In this document: positions 41,280-54,599 of the stretch, one piece after another
Layout of the letters: each line of letters starts with the position of its first letter
Numbering within the stretch: position 1 is the first letter of the stretch
Source: Blastocystis sp. Blastoise
Taxonomy: Eukaryota; Protista; Bigyra: Opalinata
Direction of reading: 5' to 3'
Assembly: GCA_039096225.1 (NCBI GenBank)
Contig: JBBPEB010000019.1
Coordinates: 1-64,000, forward strand
DNA length: 64,000 nucleotides
Position numbers and translations under genes: made by a program
Notes under the pieces: model-generated
Database searches by the model: none
Told to the model about the DNA's origin: nothing
Seen by the model: the letters and a program-made list of their open reading frames with translations, nothing else

Positions 41280-42730
41280 TTTGGTGAACTTTGCTAAAAA
41301 GAAAAGATAATAGAATACATAGATATTACTATGATTTAATTGAATATAAAAATAAACTTACGGAATTAATAATAGTTAATAGAATATAAGTATAATCAAT
41401 TCTAATAGAGAATCAAAATCTCATATAAATAAAAATGCCAATTGAAATAACGTTTCAATATTCGGATGTGACATTACAAACAATAATTTCATTTTTATTG
41501 GATTATCGTTCGAAGATATCCAATAGAATCACTATAATCTATCGATAGGTTGACATCATCCAATTCTTTTTCATCTCATTTAAGAACAAAGTTGCAAAAA
41601 ACATATTTATGAAAGACATATATCCTATAATAGTATCATTTATCATTTAGTAATCATAGTATATATGTCGAATTTAATAATGATTCAATCCAATTATTTA
41701 TAAAGAATGTTTACATATTGGGGATTATTGATTCTTCTTTAGGTTTCTCAACAACAAATAGTCCTCTTTTTATTCAACTTTAAAACTTTTGAAAAATAAG
41801 CTTTGATCATTTATTATCGAAATCTAAAAACGTTTCTATATATTTATTTTCTTTTTATTTACCATCTAGCTTTATGTGTAATGAATCTAAAAATATTTAA
41901 TAACATATAATGCTAGAAATAATGTCAATAGAATATTTTTATTTGAGTATTTACGATAAAAACTTTTTTGTTCATTCAGAAAGCATATTTATATGATATT
42001 TATTATATACAGCCTGTTTAGTTGGATGGAGAATATTTTTTGATAACACATTTTATTTTTAAAAACGCTTTATAATGTTATCGGCAATTGTTTATAAGAA
42101 ACTAGAATCATTTACGAAAAGATATACGATATATAAAAAGCAATTCCAATCAATCCCACTTATGATGAAAGAGAAGTCTCTTAAAAAGTAGCTCATCAGT
42201 TTATTAACTACAATTTAAATACAAAAATAATTTTATTATGAATATAATATTAAATAAAATAAAATAATTATGAAAGTCAGCTAAAAAGTTTAGTTCTTAT
42301 TATAATTTTTATTTCATTTTCCTATTATTTTTTTTTTTATTATTATTTTCTCTTATTTTTTTCTTTTAACACATACATATTATATGTATACTTGTTTACT
42401 TACTTTCTAAATGATCAAATTATAAAATAACAATAAACAATTGAGTCAAAATGATTTCATTCCAACTTTATTCATTAAGTATATCAATGATTCAATGTAA
42501 AATCTATCCAATATCTCACGTGTCAGAAAAAGCTGTGATAAAAACAATAATATTGTTTGTACAATAAATTTATTATGATTTGTTCAACTTATTACACTAT
42601 AAATTTAGATTTTCTATAACATATAATATTCTTTCATAAATATGGATTAGTATAGTTTACAATAATTATAGAAAAATCAATTAGGTTAGTTATATACTTA
42701 TAAAATAAATTAGAATTTTTTTTATCAGAT

Positions 42731-42802
42731 GGCACTATGGTGTAATGGTTAGCACGTTGGACTTTGAATCCAGCGATCCGAGTTCAAATCTCGGTAGAGC
42801 CT
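42731..42802 (+). tRNA. tRNA-Gln(TTG)
   Basis: GGCACTA/TAGAGCC acceptor (one A-A mismatch), TGGTGTAATGGTTAGCAC, TTGGA-CT-TTG-AA-TCCAG, CCGAGTTCAAATCTCGG. Confidence 0.95.
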
Positions 42803-43206
42803 CATTTTTCTTTTTAAAAGTGTTTTTTTTAAAATTATTAGAGCAGTCATATTTAATGATAAACATTTTTTTTTTAAGTGAAATATATAGTTTTTATAAG
42901 AAGTTCATTAATAAATTTAAAAATAAAATACTAAAATCTATGAAATAGAAAGAAGAAAATTAAAAATGATTTGAAATTGATTTAAAAGCAATAAATAAGA
43001 ATAAAAACATAAGAATAAAAACTACAAGAAAAGAAACACAGCTATAATTAAAACATAAAATGATTATTTAAAATCAGAAAAAAGGAAACTCTTTTCACTA
43101 TAAGAAAAATAGAGAAAAAAAAAGCATTTAGAGAGGAAAAATAATAAAAGAAAGAAAAAAAATAAAATATGTATATGATTTCAAAAAAGAAAGTATAATA
43201 AATAAT

Positions 43207-45204
43207 TTATAACCCATAGACTTCGATTTCATCTACAATAAAATCGACATATTTCTGATTATTTTCATCAAGGAGGACTTCTCCTCCTGTAAATATCTTT
43301 AATGGGACTTCGTCATCCGGGATTTTAATGAGTTCTGTTTGATTTCCATTGAGACATAAATCATTGAATGCAAAAGATCCTTCTCCATTAAATCCAATAT
43401 AATTATTATTAGGTTTAGTCATATCTATACCTAAGAGAAGATCATTATGAGAAGTATTACCATAGATAGGACCCGTTAATTGTTTATAGATAATATTATG
43501 TTGTTTAGGCTTTGATACAAATCGAGTAGGAGGGATCTCATAGGGGTTCTGTAACGTAAAGAGGAATGCTTGCGAATCATAGGCATCTTTGTCTATATAC
43601 AGAATGAATAGAATCAAATAGAAGTATAAAAGATATATATATATTAAAAGAAAAAAAATAGTATATATTTTATTATAATAAGATAATAAAAAAAAATATA
43701 TTTTATTATAATAAGATAATAAAAAATATAGATATTTTATGATAAGATAATTAAAAAAAAATATTTTATTATAATAAGATAATAAAATATATATATACAT
43801 TTTTTACTCCAAGGAATACTAGAATACCCACCAAATAAACAAGTATGCTTATCATTCTTCGCTTTTATAAATAATACGGTTTCACCATGATTATCACAAC
43901 ACTCATGAAAAGCATGCGCAGTATATCCATCTCTTGACCCTCTATAATAATAAATTATATTATTAAATAATAAAATAATTATAAATAATAAAATAATAAA
44001 ATAAAATAAAATAACAATAAATAATAAAATAATAAATAATAATATTAATAATAATAAAATAATAATAATAATAATAATAAAATAAAATAATAATAAAAAA
44101 ATAATAAAATAAAATAATAATAAAATAATAAATAATAATATTAATAAAATAATAAATAATAATAAAAAATAAATAAAATAATAAATAAAAAAAATACCTA
44201 TATAATAATTTAAACATTTTATTATTTCCAATCCAATTAGAGAATTCATAAGTTAGTTTTGTATTCATAAGTTTAGAATCAGGGAATATATAATTTAATA
44301 ATTTATAATGTCTCCATATATCAGTCTTATTAATATTAAAGTAAATAAATTCTTTTTCAATATTTTCCAATGCATCTATATCTTCTACAGGTATAATAAG
44401 TTCACCTGTTTGTATATACTGTTCAACATAATGAAAGTATTTAATATTATCTACAAATTGAAAAGCATGATTCACACTATCATAAGTAACACGATTATCT
44501 AGCTTACAGTTAAACATAGAATTATATATATTCAAAGAACGTAAATCTGAACGGCGAATAACATATAATTCATTATTAATATTAAATCGAATATCATTCT
44601 GAGTCCAATCGTACATCATCTTCTTAGTAACTATTTCAGAATGACGTTCTTTCATTTCAACATTACAAGGAATACCTAACTGACTTAAGGAATCTAATAT
44701 ATCTTCAAAAAGATCATCATTAAATTGATCAATATTCATTGGATGGCCTTGTATATAATCTAATATATATGGAAATAAAACTTCAGATTGATCTACATAT
44801 AAATATCCACCAACACGACGAGTTTCTGGATTCTGATACATTTCATATAAATTACTTTCAGGGTATGAACGAAGAATAGAAGTAGGTAAAGGATAATGCA
44901 TATTACCTTCTTTACAAACAAAAGTAACAAATCCAGGATTTACATCATACTGAACATCATCTTTCTCATGTATTAAAACCTCAGGTAAATCAGGAAACGA
45001 AGAAGGTGATTCCGTCTTTTGCTCAAGGTAATGCATTGTTTGAGATAAAAAATCATATACCTTATCGATAGCAGTCGATATAGTAACCATATTATGATAG
45101 AATTCATTGGTTTGCTCTGTTAACACATGCTTAATTTTTGTAATCTGACTAAATATATGTTGCTGATCACTTATATTGTTTCTTGGAACTGCCAGAGATA
45201 TCAT
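43207..45204 (-). CDS. BTB/POZ(KCTD-like) x2 + TLDc domain protein, 3 exons
   Basis: ILRSYPESNL..LYVDQS..FPYILDYI (T1-type BTB); second degenerate BTB; TLDc LLYR|GSRDG..FHECCD..FGGYSSIPW..AFLFTL..GPIYG..DEIEVY. Confidence 0.85.
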
Positions 45205-45783
45205 TTTGATATTTCCTTTAGTATTGTATTAATAACAAAATACAATAGAAAAAAACAAATTTAAATAAGTTCTATGGTTTTTTCTTTTTCTCCTCTTGTA
45301 TTATTGTTGATTAATTTATAATTCTGAGCGTAATATTTTATTTTCCCATAAAAAAATAATATTTTTTTATTTATCCTATCAACGTCTCTAGTATTTCTTT
45401 CTTATTGGATAAAACACAAGTGACAAAAAATAATCAAATTGTTTTCTTTCTTCTTTCAATGGTGTTATTGTTTTGAATGCGTCATTAAATTCCACAATAT
45501 ATAAGCTCATTATTATCATGCAAAAACTCTTTTGAATCAGTAAATTCTCCTATGCTTGTTTTACACTGATCATTTTACTATGAATTTACTATTTAAATCT
45601 ATGTTTCTATATTTTTTCTAATTCATTAATTGTACTCTCTTTCTTATAAAATAAGTTTGAATTCATAGTATTTATAAACTATGTTTTACATTTAAAAAAA
45701 TACTAACGAAATAATAAATTTATTTCTTTTTAAGAGAAAAAGAAATCAAAGAGAAAAACAATCAAAATAAGAAAAGAAAAAGT

Positions 45784-45856
45784 TGGAGAAGAGGGGCATC
45801 GATCCCCTTACCTCTCGCATGCTAAGCGAGCGCTCTACCATCTGAGCTACATCCCC
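45784..45856 (-). tRNA. tRNA-Ala(AGC)
   Basis: GGGGATGTAGCTCAGATGGTAGAGCG CTCGC-TT-AGC-AT-GCGAG ... CTTCTCCA; G3:U70 Ala identity pair. Confidence 0.96.
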
Positions 45857-46966
45857 ATTTCTGAAATTTTTTCTATAATTATCCTGATATATAGCATCTA
45901 CTATTGGATACCCACAATGTCTCTCATCATCGTTATTTGCTTCTTCTCTTTTATTCATTTAGATTCGTTTATATATATTAGAAACTATGTAATTGTCACG
46001 ATACTATAAAGGCTATTAAAATGAATGAGACTATTTTTATTAAAAACTATTTTCCAATTAGTCACCATTTCTATTAAAACCAAAACTTGACTTTATAAAA
46101 TTAGCGCATAGACAAAAGCAACCTTCTAATTATGAAATCATCTATTATTCTTGTTTGCCAGTAAATATATTTTTATAGACTTAAAACTTCTCTTAAACAC
46201 AAAAACAGTTTATTCATAATAATATATATGTTATATAAGAATCAATTTTAGTTGAATTTCTTTTCAGACTATGATCCCTATATCTTTTAAAATAGTCTAC
46301 ACGACTTAAATAACTTATATATCGTGTTTAACACTTTTATTCGATAAAAAAACGACTGACCTTTTCTACAATTTAAAGAGTTGTTCTGATATAGATCATA
46401 ATATGAATGAAATATTACCATTCGTTTTTAATACCTTTATATCCATGCCTTTATGAAATACTAAAAATATTTTTTTTTATTTATAAGATCTTTCAGGAAA
46501 TATACGGAAACATTTTTCTGTTTTATTATTTTTCCGAAGCAAGGTTCTGCCGTGTTTCTTTATATCTAAATATTCTTGAGTAATTGTATTAAGATTTCAT
46601 GTGTTTCGAAAACAAAAATGATTCTAACGTGACTTGTCGCAAAAAGCAACCATTCAAAATAGGTCATGGGCCCAAAAATAGTGAAATGCTTCTCGGACAT
46701 TCTAAAAATTTGATAAATAAATGGTTGACATTTCTTGTTTCTTATTGGATTATTTTTATCAAATAGTCAATCACATCAAGTATGCCGTGATTATCCAATA
46801 ATCTTTATCTTATCATGCTGACTTTATATGACCAAAAACAAATGGCTTCGATTTATCATACGTTTTGAATTCTTAATCAATGGCTAAAAGAAAAGCCCAT
46901 TGACATTATAAGATCTTTTTCAAAAGACTCTTTATTATTTATTTATTACTATTCGACTCTGGAAAG

Positions 46967-49900
46967 ATGAAGACACTCTTTATCTACTTATTCATTGTTG
47001 CTGTAATTGCTCAAACATGTACTTCTCCTAAAGTTTCTATCAATATGAGAAGAACTTATAAGAATGATGCTAATCAAGAAACTGTTCAAATTTGGCAAGG
47101 AAACTATAAAACGGGTACTCTTATTGCTGAATACAATGGACTTGGTATGGGTAACACTGTACAAACATATTCTCTTTGTTTGGCTCCTAGTCAACATACA
47201 CTTGTTGCTCTTGATAGTGCTAAGAACGGTTGGACTGATGGATCCAGATTTGATCTTGTTACTAGAGCTGGTGTCACTATTCTTTATGGTACACTTGATC
47301 GTTTCCAAAAAAAGGAATTTGTTTTCTATCCTGCTTTCTCGGTTAAATCTACTGATTCCTGGAAATATATAAACACTGCTCAAACAGGTAATCAATGGAC
47401 TCAAGCTTCTTTTTCTGATGCTGCTTGGATTGCTTATTCTCCTAGTAAATTCCCTGTTGTTTCTACTGTTACTAGATATTTCCGTACTCAAGTTGATTTA
47501 CCTTCTAATAAAAACTCTTTTGCTATTGGTGAGATCGGTGCCTTTACTAAAGATGGTGTTGTAATCTATGTTAACGGACAAGAAATTTATCGTCGTAATG
47601 TGCCTACTGGTGCTGCTGCTACTACTCCTGCTACAGCTATTGATACTGAAGCTTCTTACAAGAGAATCACTTTCCCTACAAGTGCTACTTATTTAACTGG
47701 CTCAAAAGTTACTCTTGCTATTGAAATACATGGTTCTAGTACTCCTAGTAGTGTTGCTGAAGATTTTATTGGCTATCTTATCTTTATATATGGTCCTTGT
47801 GCTGCTCGTCTCACAGATTATACAGCTACTGCTGAAAGAAATCCTGAAGATCCAAATGAACCTATTGATAAAATATTTGATGGTGATATTCAAACTAAAT
47901 GGTATGCTAATCCTCTTCCTATTTGGGGTCAAGTTCAATTCAATAATGGTAGAAGAGAATGGATTAATAGATATTCTGTTTCTGTTGGTAATTATGATGT
48001 TAACCGTAGACCTATTTCTTGGAAACTTCTTGCTTCTAATGATGGTAATACTTTTGTTGTTCTTGATTCCAAAAATTTTGTTACTTGGGATGGATTTAGA
48101 ACTACTCGTAATTTTGAATTAAATACTAATAAAGAAGCTTATAATATCTATAGAATTCAAATCTTAGCTACTAAAGGTACTGATATGGAATTAACTGAAC
48201 TTGAATTATCTGCTTGTACTAATGCTATTCTTACTCCTACTCTCTCTTATGGTACTACTTCTCTTAATTTAGTTACTAACTTAGATGAAAAAGTATTATA
48301 TCCTACTCAAAATGGTTTTGAAAACTTTGTTATTACTCCTGCTGTTCCTGCTGATTCTGGTTTAACATTTGATGCTGTTAGTGGTTCATTCAAAATATAT
48401 CCTACTGCAGTTATTGCTCTAACATCATTCTCTATCAGTGCTAGACATTATTCTAATCAACAAACATCTACTGTAACTATTTCCATTTCTGCTTCTGAAT
48501 GTGTTGCTCCTAAAGTTCGTTTTGATATTAAACAAGCAAATGGTAATGATAATACTAATGGTGAACCTGAAACTGTTACTATAATAAGTCCTAATAATGT
48601 TGAACTTGCTTCTAGTTCTCTCTCTGCTTCTGATATTGGCACTAATGAAAGAACAATCAAACTCTGCCAAGATCCTGGTGTATATACTGTTAAGATGACT
48701 GCTGCTTCTCTTGTTGGTTGGGCTTATAGTTCCTATGTTCAAATCAATTTATTTACTTATGATGGTAGCTCCTTTACTGCTTCTAGAGGTAAATTAATTG
48801 ATCAAATATCTGATTCCTTCAAAGTTAATATTAAATATGAATTACCTACTTCTACTAAAGTTCTTCTTAATGCTGCTTCTATTCCTGCTGGATGGAAAGA
48901 AACATCTTATGCTGGTGAATCTACTTGGGTTACTTATACTAAAACTCCTGCTATGCAATCAACTACTAAATATGCTCTTTTCAGATCAACTTTTACTATT
49001 TCTTCTTTAACAGGTATTCAAGGTTTTGAATTCCTTTATAGAGCTAATGATGCTGTAGCTGTATATGTTGATGGAAAACTCATCACTAAATATTGGATTA
49101 CTCCTAAAGGTGATGATTATACTGCAACTCCTAGTTCTGAAGGTCACCAAGATAAGGTTGAATGGAGAGGTGTTACTGGAGTCTTATCTGATCTTGCTGT
49201 AGGTACTCATGTTATTGCTGTTTTACTTGTTGATGGAAAGAATCCTTATGTTGCTAGAAATGTTGATTATGACTGTATGATTCGTCTTCTCTCTGACTCA
49301 AATACTGTCTCAAGAACATTTGATGCTAATTCTAGTGAATCTAATAAGGTTTGGGATGGTGCAAATGTTCTTTTCGATGGTTCGTATAAAACTAGATTTG
49401 CTGCATATATTGATAGTACTCATCCTGCTCCTCAATGGGCCTCTGGTAACTTTAAACAATGGAGATTTGAAGCTATTAATAAGTATTGTATTGTTGCTAA
49501 TTATGATGCTCCTAAACATGATCCCAAGAAATTCTCTCTTTTAGGTTCTATGGGAGGTTGGGATGCTGCTGATTATACTCTTTTAGATACTCAAGAGAAT
49601 GTTTCTTTTGATAGAAGATCTCAAAGACTTTGCTTCTATATCCCTTCTAATACTAAAGCTTATAATATTTATAGAATTAGATTTGAAGAAGTCAATGTTC
49701 CTTTCCCTGAAAATGATAAAGTAATTCTTGCTGAATTAGAATTATTTTTAATTGATTACAATAAAATTACTATCAGTCCTTTGTCTTATCAAAGTAGTTC
49801 TATTACTGGTTATTCTAATTCTCAAATCACTACTAATTTCCCTACTAGTGAATATTATCGTAACTATCAAATTACTCCTGCTCTTCCTACTGGATTAAAA

Positions 49901-51838
49901 TTATCTAGTTCAGGTACTATCTATGGTACTCCTATTGCTCCTTCTTCTTCTACTTATCAAATCAGTGCTGTTTCTATTATGGGTACGGCTGCTTCTACTT
50001 CTGTTTCTATTAATATCCAAACTTGTACTGCTCCTAATGTATACTTCAGACTTTCATTTACTAATATGGAAAGTGATTCTGAACAAAATGGATTCTCTCT
50101 TAAGGATGCTGCTGGTACTGTAATAGATTCTGTTGAAACATTCCCCAATTATATTGGTAGTTATGCTCGTGGTTATTGTAAACCAGCTGGTGTATATATT
50201 CTTGTTCTTACTGATACTTATAGAGATGGTTGGGGTAATGGTAAAGTAACTGCTTATGCTGAAGATAATACTGAAATTACTTCTTCTGGATTACTTAAAG
50301 GTGAATCTCCTAAAACTATTTATATTAATGTTGGATTTATTGTTAAATTTGGTCAAACTCAATGGAAATATACATCTACTGCTCCTTCTGCTGATTGGAA
50401 TTCTATTACTTTCGTTGATAGTACTTGGCAAACTGCTGTTGGTGGTTCATTTGTTGGAGTTTCTGGTAAAACACAATTCTATAGAACTTCTTTTACTATT
50501 AATGATCTTAGTTTATTCTCTCTCTATGAAATAACTTTTAATATTAAGGCTGGTATTATTGCATATATTAATGGTAAAGAAGTATATAGATATAATTTAG
50601 GTAGTGGTGTTATTACTCCTTCTACTAGTGCTACTGCTGAATTTGCTGAACCTACGAAAATTACTGTCTCAGAATCTTCTGCTTTTGGTAAACTTGTTAC
50701 TGGTAATAATGTTCTTGCTGTAGAAATCCATAATTTTGGTCCTACCGCTGAAACTACTTTTGATGCTCAACTTATGCTTTATCTTTCTGGTTCTAATAGA
50801 ATATTTGATGGTACTGTCTATGCTAGTGTCAAGGGATTAAAGGATAATACTTATGATGAAAGTGAACAAAAAGCTTTTGATGGAAATCTTAATACAAAAT
50901 ATTATGGTCCTGGATGTAATAAACAATATTATTTAGAATATACTTATAACTATAATCGTAAGGAATATGCTACTGCTATTGCTTTATCTCGTGGTACTAA
51001 TAATGGTCGTTTACCTTCTTCTTTTGCTCTTTCTGCTTCTAATGATGGTGTTAATTATAAGAATCTTGTCTCTTATTATAATCTTACTTTTGGTAATCAT
51101 GGATCTGCTGAGGGTACTCGTACATTTAATTTCTTTAATAAAGATTCTTATAATAAATATAGAGTTTCTCTTGATTCTCGTGTATGTGTTGAAGGATTAG
51201 AAATTGGTGAAATTGCTCTTATGTCTAATAAGATTGAGAGTTATTGTAAAGCTGAAGGTCAATATATTGATACTATCAGTGGACAATCTAGTTATAGACC
51301 TTGTGAAAACTATTATTATGGTGCTTATAGTAAATTATGTACTGGAGGTGTTTGGGGTCCTGAAGTAAGAAGTTGTGAAGTTGTTGCTCCTCGTGCTTTC
51401 AATTATACTGCTAAATCTTATGTTTTCAAAACTAAGAGAGATAATGTTACTCCTGCTCCTTATTATGAAGCTGCTGAACCTGTTTTCAATATTACTCCTG
51501 ATCTTCCTGCTGGATTAACTATTAATAGAAGTACTGGTATTATTAGTGGTAAACCTCAAAATGATTTTGCTGAAACTGATTTTGTAATTATTTTATATAA
51601 TGCGAAGGGTAAAAAGTCTTTTACTATTACTCTTAGTTCTATTCCTGCTGGTGGCTTAGAAGGTTGGAGTATTGCTGTTATTGTTATTGCCTGTATTGTT
51701 ATTGTTATCTTCATTGGGTTCATTGTTTTCGTTGTTATGAACAGACGTAAAGGTAAGAAAGGATCTCATAAAGTTATGAAGGCTGGTACCAAGGCTACAA
51801 CTCCTGCTAAACCTGCTGATAAAAAAGTTAGAATATAA
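46967..51838 (+). CDS. Type-I surface protein (1623 aa, single exon): signal peptide, 3x[beta-sandwich + discoidin/F5-8C-like], He_PIG Ig domains, one HRM-like module, TM, basic tail
   Basis: MKTLFIYLFIVAVIA; DGVVIYVNGQEIYR..LAIEIH; FDGDIQTKWY..RPISWKLLASNDG; LPAGLTINRSTGIISGKP; TM WSIAVIVIACIVIVIFIGFIVFVVM; strong T-ending codon bias. Confidence 0.92.
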   Translation: MKTLFIYLFIVAVIAQTCTSPKVSINMRRTYKNDANQETVQIWQGNYKTGTLIAEYNGLGMGNTVQTYSLCLAPSQHTLVALDSAKNGWTDGSRFDLVTRAGVTILYGTLDRFQKKEFVFYPAFSVKSTDSWKYINTAQTGNQWTQASFSDAAWIAYSPSKFPVVSTVTRYFRTQVDLPSNKNSFAIGEIGAFTKDGVVIYVNGQEIYRRNVPTGAAATTPATAIDTEASYKRITFPTSATYLTGSKVTLAIEIHGSSTPSSVAEDFIGYLIFIYGPCAARLTDYTATAERNPEDPNEPIDKIFDGDIQTKWYANPLPIWGQVQFNNGRREWINRYSVSVGNYDVNRRPISWKLLASNDGNTFVVLDSKNFVTWDGFRTTRNFELNTNKEAYNIYRIQILATKGTDMELTELELSACTNAILTPTLSYGTTSLNLVTNLDEKVLYPTQNGFENFVITPAVPADSGLTFDAVSGSFKIYPTAVIALTSFSISARHYSNQQTSTVTISISASECVAPKVRFDIKQANGNDNTNGEPETVTIISPNNVELASSSLSASDIGTNERTIKLCQDPGVYTVKMTAASLVGWAYSSYVQINLFTYDGSSFTASRGKLIDQISDSFKVNIKYELPTSTKVLLNAASIPAGWKETSYAGESTWVTYTKTPAMQSTTKYALFRSTFTISSLTGIQGFEFLYRANDAVAVYVDGKLITKYWITPKGDDYTATPSSEGHQDKVEWRGVTGVLSDLAVGTHVIAVLLVDGKNPYVARNVDYDCMIRLLSDSNTVSRTFDANSSESNKVWDGANVLFDGSYKTRFAAYIDSTHPAPQWASGNFKQWRFEAINKYCIVANYDAPKHDPKKFSLLGSMGGWDAADYTLLDTQENVSFDRRSQRLCFYIPSNTKAYNIYRIRFEEVNVPFPENDKVILAELELFLIDYNKITISPLSYQSSSITGYSNSQITTNFPTSEYYRNYQITPALPTGLKLSSSGTIYGTPIAPSSSTYQISAVSIMGTAASTSVSINIQTCTAPNVYFRLSFTNMESDSEQNGFSLKDAAGTVIDSVETFPNYIGSYARGYCKPAGVYILVLTDTYRDGWGNGKVTAYAEDNTEITSSGLLKGESPKTIYINVGFIVKFGQTQWKYTSTAPSADWNSITFVDSTWQTAVGGSFVGVSGKTQFYRTSFTINDLSLFSLYEITFNIKAGIIAYINGKEVYRYNLGSGVITPSTSATAEFAEPTKITVSESSAFGKLVTGNNVLAVEIHNFGPTAETTFDAQLMLYLSGSNRIFDGTVYASVKGLKDNTYDESEQKAFDGNLNTKYYGPGCNKQYYLEYTYNYNRKEYATAIALSRGTNNGRLPSSFALSASNDGVNYKNLVSYYNLTFGNHGSAEGTRTFNFFNKDSYNKYRVSLDSRVCVEGLEIGEIALMSNKIESYCKAEGQYIDTISGQSSYRPCENYYYGAYSKLCTGGVWGPEVRSCEVVAPRAFNYTAKSYVFKTKRDNVTPAPYYEAAEPVFNITPDLPAGLTINRSTGIISGKPQNDFAETDFVIILYNAKGKKSFTITLSSIPAGGLEGWSIAVIVIACIVIVIFIGFIVFVVMNRRKGKKGSHKVMKAGTKATTPAKPADKKVRI

Positions 51839-52426
51839 TTGTAAAAAATGTACTATTTAGTATATATATTGAATAATAATTATTTTTATTTATCTTTTTT
51901 ATAAATTGTTACTTTTTTTTAAAGAAAAAATAGCTATTATAGTTTACTCATGCACTATTTAAATATAGTTTGATAGCTTACGAATTATTTAATTATACAA
52001 AAATTATAATAAATATTTGTTTTGTTTTGATTTTACTTTTTTTTTTTACTTTCTTGATAAACTATACAAAGAGTTGATACATATTAGATACGAAATATCA
52101 CTTACTTAAAGAGTGATTCGTTGCTAATTGTGTCTGTTAAATGAAATTTTTTTAATTAAAATATACTTATGAAATCATCTAATTAAAACTTATATTCTTT
52201 AATATATGAACTCATTTCTTTGTTGGAGTATTCTTTCAAAAACACATAGAAAACACAATTTTTAAATCCTTTTTGTTTTGCATAGTTTTTTCTTTGACTA
52301 TATCCTCAAGATTTTCTAGTTTTTATTCGTCAAGGATTATCAATATTATTTATTCTAGTAGTAAATTAAATAATACCACAAAGAGTGTATTTTATTATAT
52401 AATTTTTGTAATAGCGCAATCATTTC

Positions 52427-54025
52427 ATGTCTGAATCAATTGACAAAAACTTGTATATATTTGAGCATTGTTCTTTCTGTCTAAGAATTATTATTTTTGA
52501 TATATAGGCTTCCATCGTCTGTTTCAGATACGATGGATGACTCCACAGACTCTTCTATAAAAGATAATCACTTGAACAGTAGACTAGAGTCAAATAAAAT
52601 AAATCCTATACATGTCGAAAATGAAAAGAAATATGATGAAATTCCAAAAGAATCACTTTTTATGTAATTGTTTTTTATTTATATTGATTATTAATTATAT
52701 ATTATTTTTGTTATATATATTGGTTAATATTTTTTTGTTATATATATTGGTTAATATTTTTTTGTTATATATATTGATTAATATTTTTTTGTTATATATA
52801 TTAATTATATATTATAGAGATAAGCAAATACTTCCTCAAATTGATATTGAGCAATGCATGAGAGACTCAAAACGTGTTTTAAAAGAGGATATTGAAAAAT
52901 CGAAAAAGAATAATATGGTGCAATGGACACTATTATATTTCTGTTACATAACACAACCATTCTTTCCTGATTATACACCTGAAATGTATATTGAATGATT
53001 CTATTTATATATCTTTTATTTATTAGTTATTAAAGATATGTCTATTTGAATTGCTTTTATATCTATATTTATATAGGACAAAAGATGAGGTATATATACT
53101 TAATTGTTATTTTCTGTAACTGATTAGTTTCTTATTCATTATTATATCTATAGTTATATATATAACATATAGTACAGTTTATATATATAAGATACTCTAT
53201 AGTTTATATAACATATACAATTAAGTTTATATATAATATATAGTATAGTTTAATATAATAAGCTATTTAGTTTATATAACGTATTCAATAAAGTTTATCT
53301 ATAATATATAGTATAGTTTATATATATAATATACTCTATAGTTTATCTATTCAGAATTAAAAGAAGACGAAATTCAACTTTATCATAGTAATAAGATCTT
53401 TTATAATTGTTTAAACACTTTATGGGTTTTCTTTATCCTTGATATCGTTCTATCGATATTCTACATGATATATTCCATATCTCTTTTAGAATATTTAATC
53501 TTTATTTATTTATTGTTTATTCTCTTGGGAATATCAATGTGGAGACCTTATGTTCTATTTGTTATATCCTTATTCATATACCTATTCTATCATATAATAT
53601 ATTTATATTGTTTTAGACTATATTTATAATATTTAAATATTATATTTTCGTTCTTCTTTCTGTATCCTTTATTATTCACGCTATTGTTTGTCTTCCTATT
53701 ATCACCTTCTGTCTGGATCTTGCAGATCAACCCAATCTATATATATCTATCTCTTTTACTCTATGTCATATTATTGAATTTATACTTATGGTTACTGTGT
53801 ACAATAAAGGATTTAATCTTACTTATAAAGGTATTTTTATAGTGTTTATTGCTTCCTATTTTTTTAAATATTTGTTGATTCATTTTTTTTTTGATCTAAG
53901 GAATGATTCCTATATATATAGATGTAAAAACAGTCTATTTTACTCATGTTTATTTGCATTTAGCTAAGAAAGAATACAGAAAACAAAGATTCAATTATAT
54001 TAAAGAACAGTCGAATTTTGTTTAA
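52427..54025 (+). CDS. Unknown membrane protein (several C-terminal TM helices), multi-exon
   Basis: ATG 52427 MSESIDKNL, GT-AG junctions, hydrophobic exons at 53400-53830, ends EQSNFV-TAA; exact exon structure uncertain. Confidence 0.55.
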
Positions 54026-54554
54026 AACATTCTTATTATATATCCTTTATTTAATTTCTTTATGTTTATTTAGTGAGTATGTGATTTTATTAAATTTCTT
54101 TTTTGTTTATATTTTTAATTGAATGGATATCTAGTATTGAATAGATATTCAAAGTTAAAAACTAAAGACTACAGTCATCAATAAACACATTTACATTAGT
54201 AATAAGCAAGCAATAAAATATAACAAATCTATTTTCACTTAAGATGAAATATAAAAATAGTAGAGAAAAAAGAAAAAACTTGGTATATATAATTAACATA
54301 AGACTGAGTACCAAAAAAGTATTCATAGAGAGTATGGTATTGAAAACATCCAAATATCTATATGAATAATAATATACATGGATTAAAAAATAGATAAATA
54401 ATTAATAAATAAAAAGATGTATCTTTAATAAAAATAATTATTGAATATGAATTATATATATATATATATATGATGAGTCTAAAATACAAGATATTAATAG
54501 AATAATATATATATAGAAACAAATCATTTTTTATATTATGGTTACAAGAGAGAA

Positions 54555-54596
<42 letters not shown>

Positions 54597-54599
<3 letters not shown>

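Noticed and set aside
42745-45958. ORFs 42745-42948 and 45746-45958
   Set aside because: They overlap tRNA-Gln and tRNA-Ala; spurious translations.
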